DNA of 32,000 nucleotides, taken from the NCBI RefSeq assembly GCF_003586065.1, contig NZ_CP028379.1. One strand, written 5' to 3'. Both the position numbers and the translations under genes were made by a program. Below the pieces are notes generated by a model. It saw nothing but the letters and a program-made list of their open reading frames with translations. It had not been told where the DNA came from and searched no databases. How positions within the stretch are numbered: position 1 is the stretch's first letter; each line of letters opens with the position of its first letter. The DNA comes from Escherichia coli O145 str. RM9872 (lineage in GTDB: Bacteria; Pseudomonadota; Gammaproteobacteria; Enterobacterales; Enterobacteriaceae). Positions 16,597 to 26,068 of the stretch are shown here, piece by piece.

Positions 16597-18279
16597 TTAG
16601 ACGAAACGATGGGATCCCGGCGCTGGTGGGTTATTCGAAGTATTCACAGCGCTATTACTCCCCCCCGTTAATCCTCCCATGTCATGGCGTAATCCACCAC
16701 TTAGCGCCAGACGCGCATAAGTGCTTTGAATCCCCGCACTTGGATTTCCTAATAACCGTGCGCCGTTATCAGTAGTATCCCGGGGAGGATGTTGAATGGT
16801 GCTATATACAACAGAATCTGTATTCCCCATATTCTGAACAGACGTATTAGAATTAGAAGTCGGCACCTGCGAATCATGCAGCGATGTTTTAACATCAGCA
16901 TACGGATTCTGCACGGTCCCTATGCTGGAAGTGTCAAAGAAAGTCGACGAGGTGCTAGCCATCGAGCTACGTCTGCTCTCCATGGTATCTTCTGACCCAG
17001 GGGTATCTACATTGCCCTGTGCAGGTGTATTATTTGCAGGCTTATTCTCTACCGTACGTGCGCTTGTAGTTGTAGTAGTAGTTGTTGTTGTTTGTTCTAC
17101 CGGCTGATTTTTTCGATGAAGCGCAGCGGTGACGGCAACACCAATTCCCCCACCAAGAATCAATGCGCCACTAAGACCGTAGCCAGCCCCCGATGAAACT
17201 TTCAGCTCCTCCTGGCGTTTAGCTTGTTGTTCATCATATTTTTTTTGCGCCTGAGCATTATTTTCAATGGCTTGCTGTTTGGCCTCTTCGCCTGCTGCTT
17301 TAGCCTGCTCTTCTATATTCGCAACAACATCATCTTTCAATACCCCTGACGGAATCGCATTTCCGAGCTCATCGATATTAACTTTTTGATTATCTGGGTT
17401 CTGGAACGCTTCTTTCGTTAACTGATCTCTTGTCGCAGTTTCAGTTGCACTTGCAGCTGCATCAGGGTCGGTCGTGGTTGGGCTATCCGGCTCCGGCGTC
17501 AATGCAAGCGCCTGTACAATACCCGTCGCCGCCAACCCTATCAGACCTGTAGCAACAGTCCCCAACGCCAACCAAAGTTTAGGATCTGAACGAAGGCTGG
17601 AAGTTGAGGTTGAAGTTGAGGTTGAGGTCTGAGTTTCTGTGGTGTTTTCCGCACCGCTATTTGACTCCCTCAACTCCCCAACGCCTTTTGACTCCCCAGC
17701 ACCTTTGGACTCCCCGGTCCCTTTGGGCTCTAACAGCTCCAGTATCCTTTGGCGGGCTTCCGTGATATCTGAAGCAACGGTGACCATAGCATGCCCAGCA
17801 CCACCACGGCCTCCAGTAAATACAAATTTGTCTTTACCTTCAGGATCAATGGACTGCAAGCGAGCGTACTCTTGATCACTTAAAACAACAGAGGTCTCAA
17901 CACCATTCCTCTGACCGACAGCAATATGTTTACCATCTTCCTGAGTTTCAACTCGAAATACCGAAGAGCCAATCTGCCTGTTAAGAGTATCGAGCGGACC
18001 ATGATCATGAAGAACTTCAAATCCATCATTCAGTGTTATCTCAGACGCCGCCAGGCGCATCGGATTTACAGGAAGTCCAGGAACATCACTGGCACGATTG
18101 TCGCCAGAATCAGCCATAGAATTCCTTACAGGCGTAAATAGCGCACGAGATCCCAACGGCCCCGTAGAGTTAATGAGCTGACCACGCCCCCCTGCACCGT
18201 CGGTTTGTGAAGGTAATGGAGGTGCAGGAGGAATTGAATTATTCACATTGGGATTATGACCAAGATTACCAATAGGCAT
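16597..18279 (-). CDS. tir: Tir, translocated intimin receptor (560 aa), O157-type C-terminus
   Basis: MPIGNLGHNPNVNNSIPPAPPLPSQTDG... Two TM segments (LWLALGTVATGLIGLAATGIVQALAL; GYGLSGALILGGGIGVAVTAAL). NPY motif (VQNPYADV). C-terminus ...NNPPAPGSHRFV. Confidence 0.97.
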   Translation of the reverse strand: MPIGNLGHNPNVNNSIPPAPPLPSQTDGAGGRGQLINSTGPLGSRALFTPVRNSMADSGDNRASDVPGLPVNPMRLAASEITLNDGFEVLHDHGPLDTLNRQIGSSVFRVETQEDGKHIAVGQRNGVETSVVLSDQEYARLQSIDPEGKDKFVFTGGRGGAGHAMVTVASDITEARQRILELLEPKGTGESKGAGESKGVGELRESNSGAENTTETQTSTSTSTSTSSLRSDPKLWLALGTVATGLIGLAATGIVQALALTPEPDSPTTTDPDAAASATETATRDQLTKEAFQNPDNQKVNIDELGNAIPSGVLKDDVVANIEEQAKAAGEEAKQQAIENNAQAQKKYDEQQAKRQEELKVSSGAGYGLSGALILGGGIGVAVTAALHRKNQPVEQTTTTTTTTTSARTVENKPANNTPAQGNVDTPGSEDTMESRRSSMASTSSTFFDTSSIGTVQNPYADVKTSLHDSQVPTSNSNTSVQNMGNTDSVVYSTIQHPPRDTTDNGARLLGNPSAGIQSTYARLALSGGLRHDMGGLTGGSNSAVNTSNNPPAPGSHRFV

Positions 18280-18702
18280 AAATATCTCCTTTTTATTTTA
18301 TGTAAATAGATAACAATCCTTTATTTTGCTATTACATAATAATGTATGGTATACAGCACGTAGTCGATAAACGGCTGAACATGACATCGACCAAATAAAT
18401 CACAATCTGATTTTTGATGCAAGAAAATAATGTGCTAAAAACACACATCGGGTCACAAAATAAAAATAATTATATTATATAAAAGTAAACACCACGTGAA
18501 ATCTTAATAAAACATTTCATAAATAAAATTGCAGCAAACATTCACTTATATTAAAAAACACAGCCAAAGAAAACCAATTAAGCAAACTATAAATCTTAAT
18601 TAATAATAAAGTTTATTAAGTTTCTTTATCGCGTTTTTTCTTACATCAACAAAGGCCATGCTATACACCAGGAAGCTTAATTTATACCTGACAAGGTTAT
18701 CC
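18280..18702 (-). promoter_or_regulatory. LEE5 (tir) upstream regulatory region
   Basis: 423-bp very AT-rich spacer between the map stop and the tir start. In LEE biology this is the Ler/H-NS-controlled LEE5 promoter region. Specific sites were not assigned from the sequence. Confidence 0.5.
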
Positions 18703-19314
18703 CTACAATCGGGTATCCTGTACATGCTCTAAAATCGCATTCTGAGTAATCGCTTTTATCTCACTGACTTTGAAGCCGCTAAAGTTGCGTTCAAATATTT
18801 CTTGTGAGACTTGTTCTATCATCTTCGTCTGGGTGTTAAAACGTGTTATTGGATCCACTCTTTTGCCGCACTGCTCATCAACTTTCTGATTAAAGTATTT
18901 ATTGGACTGCAAGAAGTGACCAATTGATGATTGTGCCCCGTTCATATCAAGAGGTTGCTGTAACGCATTTTCAACAGCTCTAAAAATGTGACCTTTAGTC
19001 TCCTTACTAATGACCGAATTATTACTCCTGCAATAGTCATCCAGAGTTCTATTTACTGTTCTGGATATATAAGTCGTCTGCTCCTGCTGGAACCATTGTT
19101 GGGTATCGCCATTACGAGTTTGTTTGGCTACAGCCTGCAGGAGTTGGTTAGTCAGTTTGCCATGATTAATCACAAAGTTCGACTGCACGGGCATGAACCT
19201 CATACCCGTGGCTCCCGTACCCGCTTGCATTGCAGCTCTGGTAACCGCAGGTCTAAGCGTCTGTGCAGTCGCCTGAACTAACGATCTGCCTGCCATTGTC
19301 ATTGGACTAAACAT
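18703..19314 (-). CDS. map: Map effector (WxxxE Cdc42 GEF mimic, 203 aa)
   Basis: MFSPMTMAGRSLVQATAQTLRP..., WxxxE motif (WFQQE), C-terminal PDZ-binding TRL. Confidence 0.95.
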   Translation of the reverse strand: MFSPMTMAGRSLVQATAQTLRPAVTRAAMQAGTGATGMRFMPVQSNFVINHGKLTNQLLQAVAKQTRNGDTQQWFQQEQTTYISRTVNRTLDDYCRSNNSVISKETKGHIFRAVENALQQPLDMNGAQSSIGHFLQSNKYFNQKVDEQCGKRVDPITRFNTQTKMIEQVSQEIFERNFSGFKVSEIKAITQNAILEHVQDTRL

Positions 19315-19579
19315 ACCATAAACCTTTATAAATTATATTTCGACAGTAAAACAATTGCTTCCCATTAAAAAATAACTTTAAAGAATAATTATCTTGTATT
19401 TATATTTGAATTATCCTCCGGCCTTATCTACAGGTAGTTGCACTACATTTATCATATGCTATCATGAATATGCAACACTATTCCCGTAATCTTATATCTA
19501 CGCCTTATTATTTGTATCAGAACTCTCGGATTAATTACGTTTGAGTATATCAACATGAAAAGAATGGCAGGACTACAAT

Positions 19580-19963
19580 ATGAATGAGAAATTTCGCACA
19601 GACCTTGCACATACGTTTGGGATAGCTCTTGAAGAGCAAACTGACGTGCTCTCTTTCCACGATAACGATGGCCATGAATGGATACTGGAGTGTGCATCTC
19701 AATCTGAAATTCTGTTTTTTTATTGTTATTTATTGAATAGCGAATCAATACAGATTAATTCAATACTTGAAATGAATAGCAATCGAGAACTGCTCGGTAT
19801 GTTTTTCCTGTCATTAAAAGATGACAACATTCTTTTAAATATTGCATTTCCTGCAGATAAAATTGATATTACAGAGTTTGCTAATTTAATGGAAAATGGT
19901 TATCTATTAAAGAATGAGGTAATTAGATCCTTGTCTTCCAGACCTACAGATTTTTTACCTTGA
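19580..19963 (+). CDS. cesF: CesF, chaperone for EspF (127 aa)
   Basis: MNEKFRTDLAHTFGIALEEQTDVLSFHDNDGHEWILECA... Positioned between map and espH as in the canonical LEE. Confidence 0.9.
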   Translation: MNEKFRTDLAHTFGIALEEQTDVLSFHDNDGHEWILECASQSEILFFYCYLLNSESIQINSILEMNSNRELLGMFFLSLKDDNILLNIAFPADKIDITEFANLMENGYLLKNEVIRSLSSRPTDFLP

Positions 19964-20090
19964 TAATTTCTGCGCTGGATGGGATCATCCATTCCGTTTA
20001 ACATACTCTTCATCACAGGGACCTCTGATTTCTGGCCGCTAACGTCTCTGAAGATTCAGCCTGTATTATCTAAAAGCAATGTAATATCAG

Positions 20091-20133
20091 TTAAAAAGCG
20101 GAAAAACTCCAGAATTATAACTATTCTGGAGTT
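20091..20133 (-). terminator. Rho-independent terminator after espH (hairpin shared with convergent cesF)
   Basis: 11-bp stem AACTCCAGAAT / ATTCTGGAGTT (20105-20133) with a 7-nt loop. On the minus strand it is followed by TTTTCCGCTTTTT. Confidence 0.6.
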
Positions 20134-20160
20134 AAGTCAGGAAGAAAACTCAAATGCTAA

Positions 20161-20667
20161 TCATAATACGCTATAAGAGGAAGCTCTTGTTGCTATAGCC
20201 CTATTATCAAGACGTTCGGTAGACTGTACACGACGTAACAAAGAAGATAATCCTCTTTCAGCTAAGATCCCCTCCAGGGGAGTACGAGGAAACCAGGTTG
20301 AAGAAAGTGGAGTTATATGTCTCTCATTTAATTTTCTTTCCAAAGCCTTAGTCACACCGCCAGAAAACACGCTAAATAGCGTTGAGAAACATCCATTTTC
20401 CGGTGTTATTCTTTGTACTTTGTACACATAATCATCTTTTGGGCCATCTTTAATAAAGTGAACAGCATAGTCTTTGCCTCTAAAAGAGACAATGGTGGAA
20501 TCCCCTATTTCTGGATATACCCGATGATGGCGTTGTTGCATTCGGGCTTTAAGCTGAATTTCATCTACGATATCTTCATTGGGTATATGAAGCCTTCTGT
20601 TGAACCTGTTCCATGACGCATGTTCACTTGTCAGAAATGTCTTGAATACCGCTCCTGATAACGACAT
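20161..20667 (-). CDS. espH: EspH effector (168 aa)
   Basis: MSLSGAVFKTFLTSEHASWNRFNRRLHIPNEDIVDEIQLKARMQQRHHRVYPEIG... Confidence 0.93.
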   Translation of the reverse strand: MSLSGAVFKTFLTSEHASWNRFNRRLHIPNEDIVDEIQLKARMQQRHHRVYPEIGDSTIVSFRGKDYAVHFIKDGPKDDYVYKVQRITPENGCFSTLFSVFSGGVTKALERKLNERHITPLSSTWFPRTPLEGILAERGLSSLLRRVQSTERLDNRAIATRASSYSVL

Positions 20668-20697
20668 GATACATCTCCCTATATAACGTATTCCTGA

Positions 20698-21615
20698 TTA
20701 ATCACATACTATGCTAACAGTAAAATAAAAATCTTCGTTGATTTTTACAATACTCCCGTATGCTATCGTCTTATTATTGCGTATTAACTGACAACCACCA
20801 AAAAGATGGTATCCATCTGAATTAATAATGTCATCTTTTTTAACATTACGCAACATGTGTATATCAATATGGACTGTACCGATCGCACAATAAATGCGAT
20901 TCATGACAGTCTCATTGCTAAGAGCAGATAACAGATCCGCAGCCAGAACATCCGTGACAGATAAATTATTATCACTCAGATTTACTGTTGCTAAAGGGGT
21001 ATTAATAACAATCCAGCACCTTCTCTCTTGACTATCATCAACATGATAGAGTCTCAGACTATCACCAACTCTCAACTCTGTAACTGGATAATCAGTCCAC
21101 CCAGGTACGATATAGCCATCAAAAAAAAGAGCATTAGAATGTGGAACAAATTGCCAATTATCATTAATCAGATATTGTAAACTTTGTACCGTTGTTTCGA
21201 GTATAATTACATTAAGTCTGTTTTCTCCATTATTATTTTCTATTACCGGATAAATATCTTTATTTAGCATCGTAAATTGAACATCATCAACTGACACATC
21301 ACCTTCCGGTAAGGCAGTCTGCATTACCCATAAGATCATGAGTTTTATCGTATCTTCCGGTATCAGCCGGCTTTCGCTATACGGGAATAACTCTTGGCAC
21401 CACTGAATGAACTGTTCTTCTGATATCCAGAAACGCCCCTCATAGCCCGAGTATGTCAACGTGAAACGAATACCATGACCGCTGACCTCACGAAAATATG
21501 CATGGCAAGCATGACCTTTGGACGTAATATAGAGGCGACCGGTTCCGATAACTGGCAACAACGGCAAATAAAAATCGTTAATTTTCATATTCAATTGTGA
21601 ACTCAATGGCTTCAT
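20698..21615 (-). CDS. sepQ: SepQ/EscQ sorting-platform (C-ring, SpoA-domain) protein (305 aa)
   Basis: MKPLSSQLNMKINDFYLPLLPVIGTGRLYI... It is the last gene of the minus-strand LEE3 block, with a FliN/SpoA-like C-terminus. Confidence 0.95.
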   Translation of the reverse strand: MKPLSSQLNMKINDFYLPLLPVIGTGRLYITSKGHACHAYFREVSGHGIRFTLTYSGYEGRFWISEEQFIQWCQELFPYSESRLIPEDTIKLMILWVMQTALPEGDVSVDDVQFTMLNKDIYPVIENNNGENRLNVIILETTVQSLQYLINDNWQFVPHSNALFFDGYIVPGWTDYPVTELRVGDSLRLYHVDDSQERRCWIVINTPLATVNLSDNNLSVTDVLAADLLSALSNETVMNRIYCAIGTVHIDIHMLRNVKKDDIINSDGYHLFGGCQLIRNNKTIAYGSIVKINEDFYFTVSIVCD

Positions 21616-21994
21616 CAGGAAAGATTTCTTTTAACTTATCGAAAACATAGTCTTTTTTATGATATAAAAAAACATGATTTCTATTATTTGGGCTTACTTT
21701 AATAGACAGATAAATGATTCCGTTACTACATTTAATTGTTAAAACAATTCCTCGTAATCTTCCACAAAGAATACTAAACGAGTGCTCCCCTTCTTCAAAG
21801 TAGCGTCGTCTTCGGCCCGAGGAGTAAAACAATCTCTTCCATAAAGAAGCCATTCGTATGAACAACGTATCAGGCGATCTTTTTTTTATATGATAAAAAA
21901 TATCATTAAAACTTTCTTCTCCTTGCGGCCAATCATCTGATGGCCGAAAAGAAACAGGCTCTATCAAATTTCTTTTTAGAGAAACTCTAGTCAA
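21578..21994 (-). CDS. escP: EscP (Orf16), needle-length ruler / substrate-switch protein (138 aa, TTG start)
   Basis: The frame opens just after an in-frame TAA. TTG at 21992-21994 is preceded by AAGGA at 7-nt spacing. It overlaps the escO stop by 8 nt and the sepQ start by 38 nt. Confidence 0.85.
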   Translation of the reverse strand: MTRVSLKRNLIEPVSFRPSDDWPQGEESFNDIFYHIKKRSPDTLFIRMASLWKRLFYSSGRRRRYFEEGEHSFSILCGRLRGIVLTIKCSNGIIYLSIKVSPNNRNHVFLYHKKDYVFDKLKEIFPDEAIEFTIEYEN

Positions 21995-22364
21995 AGTAAT
22001 GTTCCTTTATGGCAAAAGATAATTTTTCTACTGATTTATTAACATGTTGCAGATTCTCTTTTGTTCGTTTTTGTGAATCTAGCAATGAACGCTTTTCCTT
22101 CGAAAGTGAAGATTTTTTCTCATACAATCGCTGCTTTTGCTCATCAAATGCATTGTTTTTAATCTGATATTTATACAACGACACTTTATCCAAATTCACC
22201 AGCGATGCACAATATGCCTGCTTAGAGGCAATCGACTCTTTAATGGATTGCTCGCAGTCATCGAGTTTACCATCCACCTCTTTTATCTGAGAGTTAATCT
22301 TAGCCATTGATTCTCTCAATCGGTTCGCTCTGCTTTTACGAATAGATAAAATTCTGTCCAACAT
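21987..22364 (-). CDS. escO: EscO (Orf15), FliJ/YscO-like stalk protein (125 aa)
   Basis: MLDRILSIRKSRANRLRESMAKINSQIKEVDGKLDDCEQSIKE..., coiled-coil, immediately downstream of escN. Confidence 0.9.
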   Translation of the reverse strand: MLDRILSIRKSRANRLRESMAKINSQIKEVDGKLDDCEQSIKESIASKQAYCASLVNLDKVSLYKYQIKNNAFDEQKQRLYEKKSSLSKEKRSLLDSQKRTKENLQHVNKSVEKLSFAIKEHYFD

Positions 22365-22366
22365 AC

Positions 22367-23707
22367 TCAGGCAACCACTTTGAATAGGCTTTCAATCGTT
22401 TTTTCGTAACTACTGATATCTTTGGTGCTTTGTTGTATAAAGTTCTGAATTAATTTCCTATTTTTTATTGCCTTATCTGCTTCAGGATCTTGCCCCATCG
22501 TGTACTCACCAATACGAATAAGCAGCTCAACATTTTTATAAGTTGCAATAAGCTTTTTGCATTCTGCCGCCGCACGCAAATGCTCCGATGTAACAACGTT
22601 ATGCATAACACGACTGGCACTTAAACCAATATCAATTGCAGGGAAATGGTTTTCCTCTGCAAGTTCTCGGGTAAGTACGATGTGCCCATCAAGAATAGAG
22701 CGGACTTCATCGCCAATAGGATCATTAACATTATCGCTTTCTAACAACACCGTATAAATCGCGGTTATTGAACCTTTTGGCGCAGGCCCCGCTCGCTCTA
22801 ATAATTTGGGTAACGAAGAAAAAACACTCGGAGGGAATCCCCCCCTTACATCAGGTTCTCCCGATGCAAGCCCAACATCACGTGCGGCTCGGGCATAACG
22901 AGTTACAGAATCCATCATTAATAATACATTTTTACCTTGATCGCGGAAGTACTCTGCAATAGTCGTCGCCGTAAATGCGGCTTTCATCCTTTCCAGCGCG
23001 GGGCGGTCTGACGTTGTGACGACCAGTACACATTTAGAAAGCGTGGATTGAGGTAAGAGCGCGAGGAATTCATTTACTTCGCGACCACGTTCGCCGATAA
23101 GAGCAAGGACAATAATATCTGCGGATGCGCCATTACAAATCATCCCCAAAAGCGTACTTTTACCAACGCCTGAACCAGCAAAAATACCGATACGCTGCCC
23201 AATACCGCAAGTTAGTAGCCCATCAATTGCCCTGACGCCAAGTATAAATGGCTGATCAATAACCTGCCTTAATAAAGGATCTGGTGGTTCAGCATACAAG
23301 CTGCGTTCAAACGGAAGATAGGGGGCAGCAATATTACTCTCCATTGGTCTGCCTATGCCATCAACAAGCCGCCCAAGTAGTGCGTCTCCAACACGAATCT
23401 TGAACTCATCTCCCTGATAACTTAACCACTGACCACAGTACATGCCGGAAACATGCTCAAAAGGCAACAAGAAAACCTCATCTTCATCAATAGCGATCAC
23501 CTCGGCTAAACGTTGACTGGGTTCTATCTTATAAAAGGCGCCAATACGCGCTTTTGGTAAACGCGCCTTAATAATCGTCCCGCCGATATTGATAATCTTG
23601 CCTTCATATCTGGTAGACGAATTTAATGATAATGCCGGCACAGTGCTATTGAGCACTTTCTGAATACGTGGGTATTTTTCCAATACAGAATCATGCTCTG
23701 AAATCAT
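22367..23707 (-). CDS. escN: EscN T3SS ATPase (446 aa)
   Basis: Walker A GSGVGKST. FliI/YscN/InvC family throughout. Confidence 0.98.
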   Translation of the reverse strand: MISEHDSVLEKYPRIQKVLNSTVPALSLNSSTRYEGKIINIGGTIIKARLPKARIGAFYKIEPSQRLAEVIAIDEDEVFLLPFEHVSGMYCGQWLSYQGDEFKIRVGDALLGRLVDGIGRPMESNIAAPYLPFERSLYAEPPDPLLRQVIDQPFILGVRAIDGLLTCGIGQRIGIFAGSGVGKSTLLGMICNGASADIIVLALIGERGREVNEFLALLPQSTLSKCVLVVTTSDRPALERMKAAFTATTIAEYFRDQGKNVLLMMDSVTRYARAARDVGLASGEPDVRGGFPPSVFSSLPKLLERAGPAPKGSITAIYTVLLESDNVNDPIGDEVRSILDGHIVLTRELAEENHFPAIDIGLSASRVMHNVVTSEHLRAAAECKKLIATYKNVELLIRIGEYTMGQDPEADKAIKNRKLIQNFIQQSTKDISSYEKTIESLFKVVA

Positions 23708-25718
23708 TTACCGTTCCTAATACTTTAAGTTCGATATTATTCCCAACCTCCTGAAAAGAGAGCACGGGGACTGACGGGAACGAACCTTCAATCATTTTCT
23801 TCACATAGCGCCTGATATCTAAAGCGGTCAGAATGACGCCGTTCCCCGTTGGATTCATGATATTTTTTAAGAAGCCAATTATCTGCTCAGTTCGCTCCGG
23901 TGAGATATTCAGATACGAACCTGATGACGTTTGTCTGATCGACTCTCGTAGCTCATTTTCAATATCAGAGCCAATAAGCCAAACGTTCAGAAGTGTACCG
24001 CTAACGCTATAGCGACCTAAAATATGCCGACGCAGGGCAATACGAACGTATTCGCACAAGATAACCACATCCTTTTCTTTTGTTGACCAAAAAATAAGCG
24101 TCTCAAAGATAGTTCTCAGGTCTCTAATTGAGACATTTTCCTCTACGAGACGTTGTAGGATGTCAACAATTTTGCTCAAACCAAGCTGGCGCTGCAGCTC
24201 TTTCACAAGCTCGTTATATTTTCTCTCCATGATGTCCATCAAATAACGCGTTTCTTGTACGCCGATGAACTCTTTGGCATTAGACAATACAAGTTTCTTT
24301 AGCAAAAACGTTATCTTATCATTTGTTGTTGCATAAACATCCATACCTGTAAGGTGAGCGAGCTGTTGATTAGTCTTATTCGTCTTATATACGATAGAGT
24401 TAGTCGAAAGCTTTTCCTGGACAAATTCGAATGATATCTCTGCATGCCCAGCCTCAAAATAGACAGTATCATCTATAAGAGTATCTTTGTATATTGACTC
24501 TTGATAGAGCAAAAATTCTATTGCGCTATCATTATTTTTAACCGGATTAACAATAATCTTAGGCAATGGAATTCCACTTTCCTCAAAGAAATTCCAACGC
24601 ATGACCTCAATTTGCTGTGTAATGTCTGAACTATAAATATTACTACTTAAGTTTAAAATCAATGGCTCAGCGCCCGGTGAGATGTTTTGGCTATTAGACA
24701 AATCAGCTCCCATAGCATCCTTATTATTGCCAGTTCCAAATGTTCTTTTCTTCTGTAATTTCCAGGCTATCCCCAACAGGCAAACCGCCAGAAATAAGAA
24801 GACCAATGTAGGAAAGCCCGGAATAATCGCCATTACGAGCATTAGTGCGGCACTGATTAAAAAAGGGCGACTATTAACAGAAACCTGTTGAACAATATCA
24901 CCTGCAAGGTTTTCTTCTTTTTCGCTTTCACCGGGCACACGAGTAACAACCACGCCCGCGGTGACAGAAATAATAAGCGCAGGGATCTGGGCAACCAAAG
25001 CATCACCGACAGACAATACAGAAAACAGGCTAAGTGCCGCACTAAATGGCATGTCAAATTGCCACATACCAATGAGCACGCCACCAAAAAGGTTAACTAA
25101 AACAATAATGATACCAGCAATAGCGTCCCCTTTTACAAACTTCATCGCCCCGTCCATTGAACCATAAAACTGGCTTTCCTTTTGCACTCGGGAGCGAAGA
25201 ACTTTTGCCTCAAGCGGGTCAATAACGCCTGCGCGCATATCACCATCAATACTCATTTGCTTTCCTGGCATACCATCAAGGGAAAAACGAGCACTCACTT
25301 CAGCAACACGCTCGGCCCCTTTTGTAATAACCATAAATTGAACAATGGTGATAATAGTAAAAATAACCAGGCCAACAACAATATTACCGCCAACAACAAA
25401 GTTACCGAAGGAGTAAATAATGTCACCCGCATCGTGATGCAGCAGAATAAGTCTGGTTGTACTAACACTGAGCGACAGGCGCATCAACGTCGTAATCAAC
25501 AGGATTGTGGGGAAAGAAGTTAGTTCAAGAGGATTTTTTATATAGATTGAGAGCATTAATAAAAGTAAAGCTGTCGAAATATTAATCGCGATAATGATAT
25601 CCACCACAACTGTTGGTAGTGGAATAATCATCATCATTACAGCCATAAAGAAGAAGAGAGCCAGAATAAGATCGTGATATGACTCTGCTTTTTTAAATAT
25701 ATTTAAGAGTTTATTCAT
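23691..25718 (-). CDS. escV: EscV export-gate protein (FlhA/YscV/InvA family, 675 aa)
   Basis: Polytopic N-terminus with the conserved FHIPEP-type region (GAERVAEVSARFSLDGMPGKQMSIDGD) and a cytoplasmic C-domain. It overlaps the escN start by 17 nt. Confidence 0.98.
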   Translation of the reverse strand: MNKLLNIFKKAESYHDLILALFFFMAVMMMIIPLPTVVVDIIIAINISTALLLLMLSIYIKNPLELTSFPTILLITTLMRLSLSVSTTRLILLHHDAGDIIYSFGNFVVGGNIVVGLVIFTIITIVQFMVITKGAERVAEVSARFSLDGMPGKQMSIDGDMRAGVIDPLEAKVLRSRVQKESQFYGSMDGAMKFVKGDAIAGIIIVLVNLFGGVLIGMWQFDMPFSAALSLFSVLSVGDALVAQIPALIISVTAGVVVTRVPGESEKEENLAGDIVQQVSVNSRPFLISAALMLVMAIIPGFPTLVFLFLAVCLLGIAWKLQKKRTFGTGNNKDAMGADLSNSQNISPGAEPLILNLSSNIYSSDITQQIEVMRWNFFEESGIPLPKIIVNPVKNNDSAIEFLLYQESIYKDTLIDDTVYFEAGHAEISFEFVQEKLSTNSIVYKTNKTNQQLAHLTGMDVYATTNDKITFLLKKLVLSNAKEFIGVQETRYLMDIMERKYNELVKELQRQLGLSKIVDILQRLVEENVSIRDLRTIFETLIFWSTKEKDVVILCEYVRIALRRHILGRYSVSGTLLNVWLIGSDIENELRESIRQTSSGSYLNISPERTEQIIGFLKNIMNPTGNGVILTALDIRRYVKKMIEGSFPSVPVLSFQEVGNNIELKVLGTVNDFRA

Positions 25719-26068
25719 GATGTCATCCTGCGAACGCGCTCAATAATCTGCACATGCTGTTGAAAAGTATTCATTAGAAAAAAAACATCGATATTGGTTA
25801 ACAAACAACTTAAGCACAATTTATTATCGTAGACAAAAATATGTTCAATCACTCCCTGCGTACGCTCAGGAGCAAGGGCACTAAAGAAAGAGAAAAATGC
25901 GTTTTCGTTATACTCTAAAGCAAACGTAACAAAAACATTATTATCAATTATTTCAATAAAAAAAGAAAACCCATTAAAATCAATTTCAACACGGTTATCA
26001 AATAAATAAAAATCATTTCCCAATAATCTTAAAAACTCTTCAACGTTTCTTTTAACTAAAAGATTCAT
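25715..26068 (-). CDS. cesL: CesL (Orf12), SepL-binding chaperone-like protein (117 aa)
   Basis: First gene of LEE3. ATGA overlap with escV. MNLLVKRNVEEFLRLLGNDFYLFDNRVEIDFNGFSFFIEI... Confidence 0.85.
   Translation of the reverse strand: MNLLVKRNVEEFLRLLGNDFYLFDNRVEIDFNGFSFFIEIIDNNVFVTFALEYNENAFFSFFSALAPERTQGVIEHIFVYDNKLCLSCLLTNIDVFFLMNTFQQHVQIIERVRRMTS

Noticed and set aside
16521-17107. Plus-strand ORFs overlapping the tir 3' end (16521-16775, 16789-16995, 16922-17107)
   Set aside because: They are antisense to tir and include translation of the poly-Thr microsatellite as poly-Val. They have no SDs and are implausible as genes.
19424-19435. 12-mer TTATCTACAGGT shared between the map-cesF spacer (19424-19435) and the cesD-grlA spacer (30169-30180); also the 11-mer TTCACCGTATA shared by crr (about 4508-4518) and about 5686-5696
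   Set aside because: Exact matches of 11-12 nt are expected by chance many times in a 32-kb window (tens of occurrences by a simple 4^-n estimate). There is no extended similarity around them.
19452-20176. ORF 19452-19748 (-) overlapping the cesF start, and ORF 19979-20176 (+) in the cesF-espH spacer
   Set aside because: The first overlaps the map/cesF promoter region and the cesF 5' end in antisense. The second runs through the bidirectional terminator hairpin (20105-20133). Neither has an SD or family resemblance.
20698-20910. Internal translation start in sepQ/escQ producing a short SpoA-domain product, as in SpaO/YscQ (Met in ..NETVMNRIYCAIG..)
   Set aside because: The upstream sequence (AGCAATGAGACTGTCATG) has only a weak SD-like GAGAC. 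The sequence alone cannot support this, so it was not reported as a feature.
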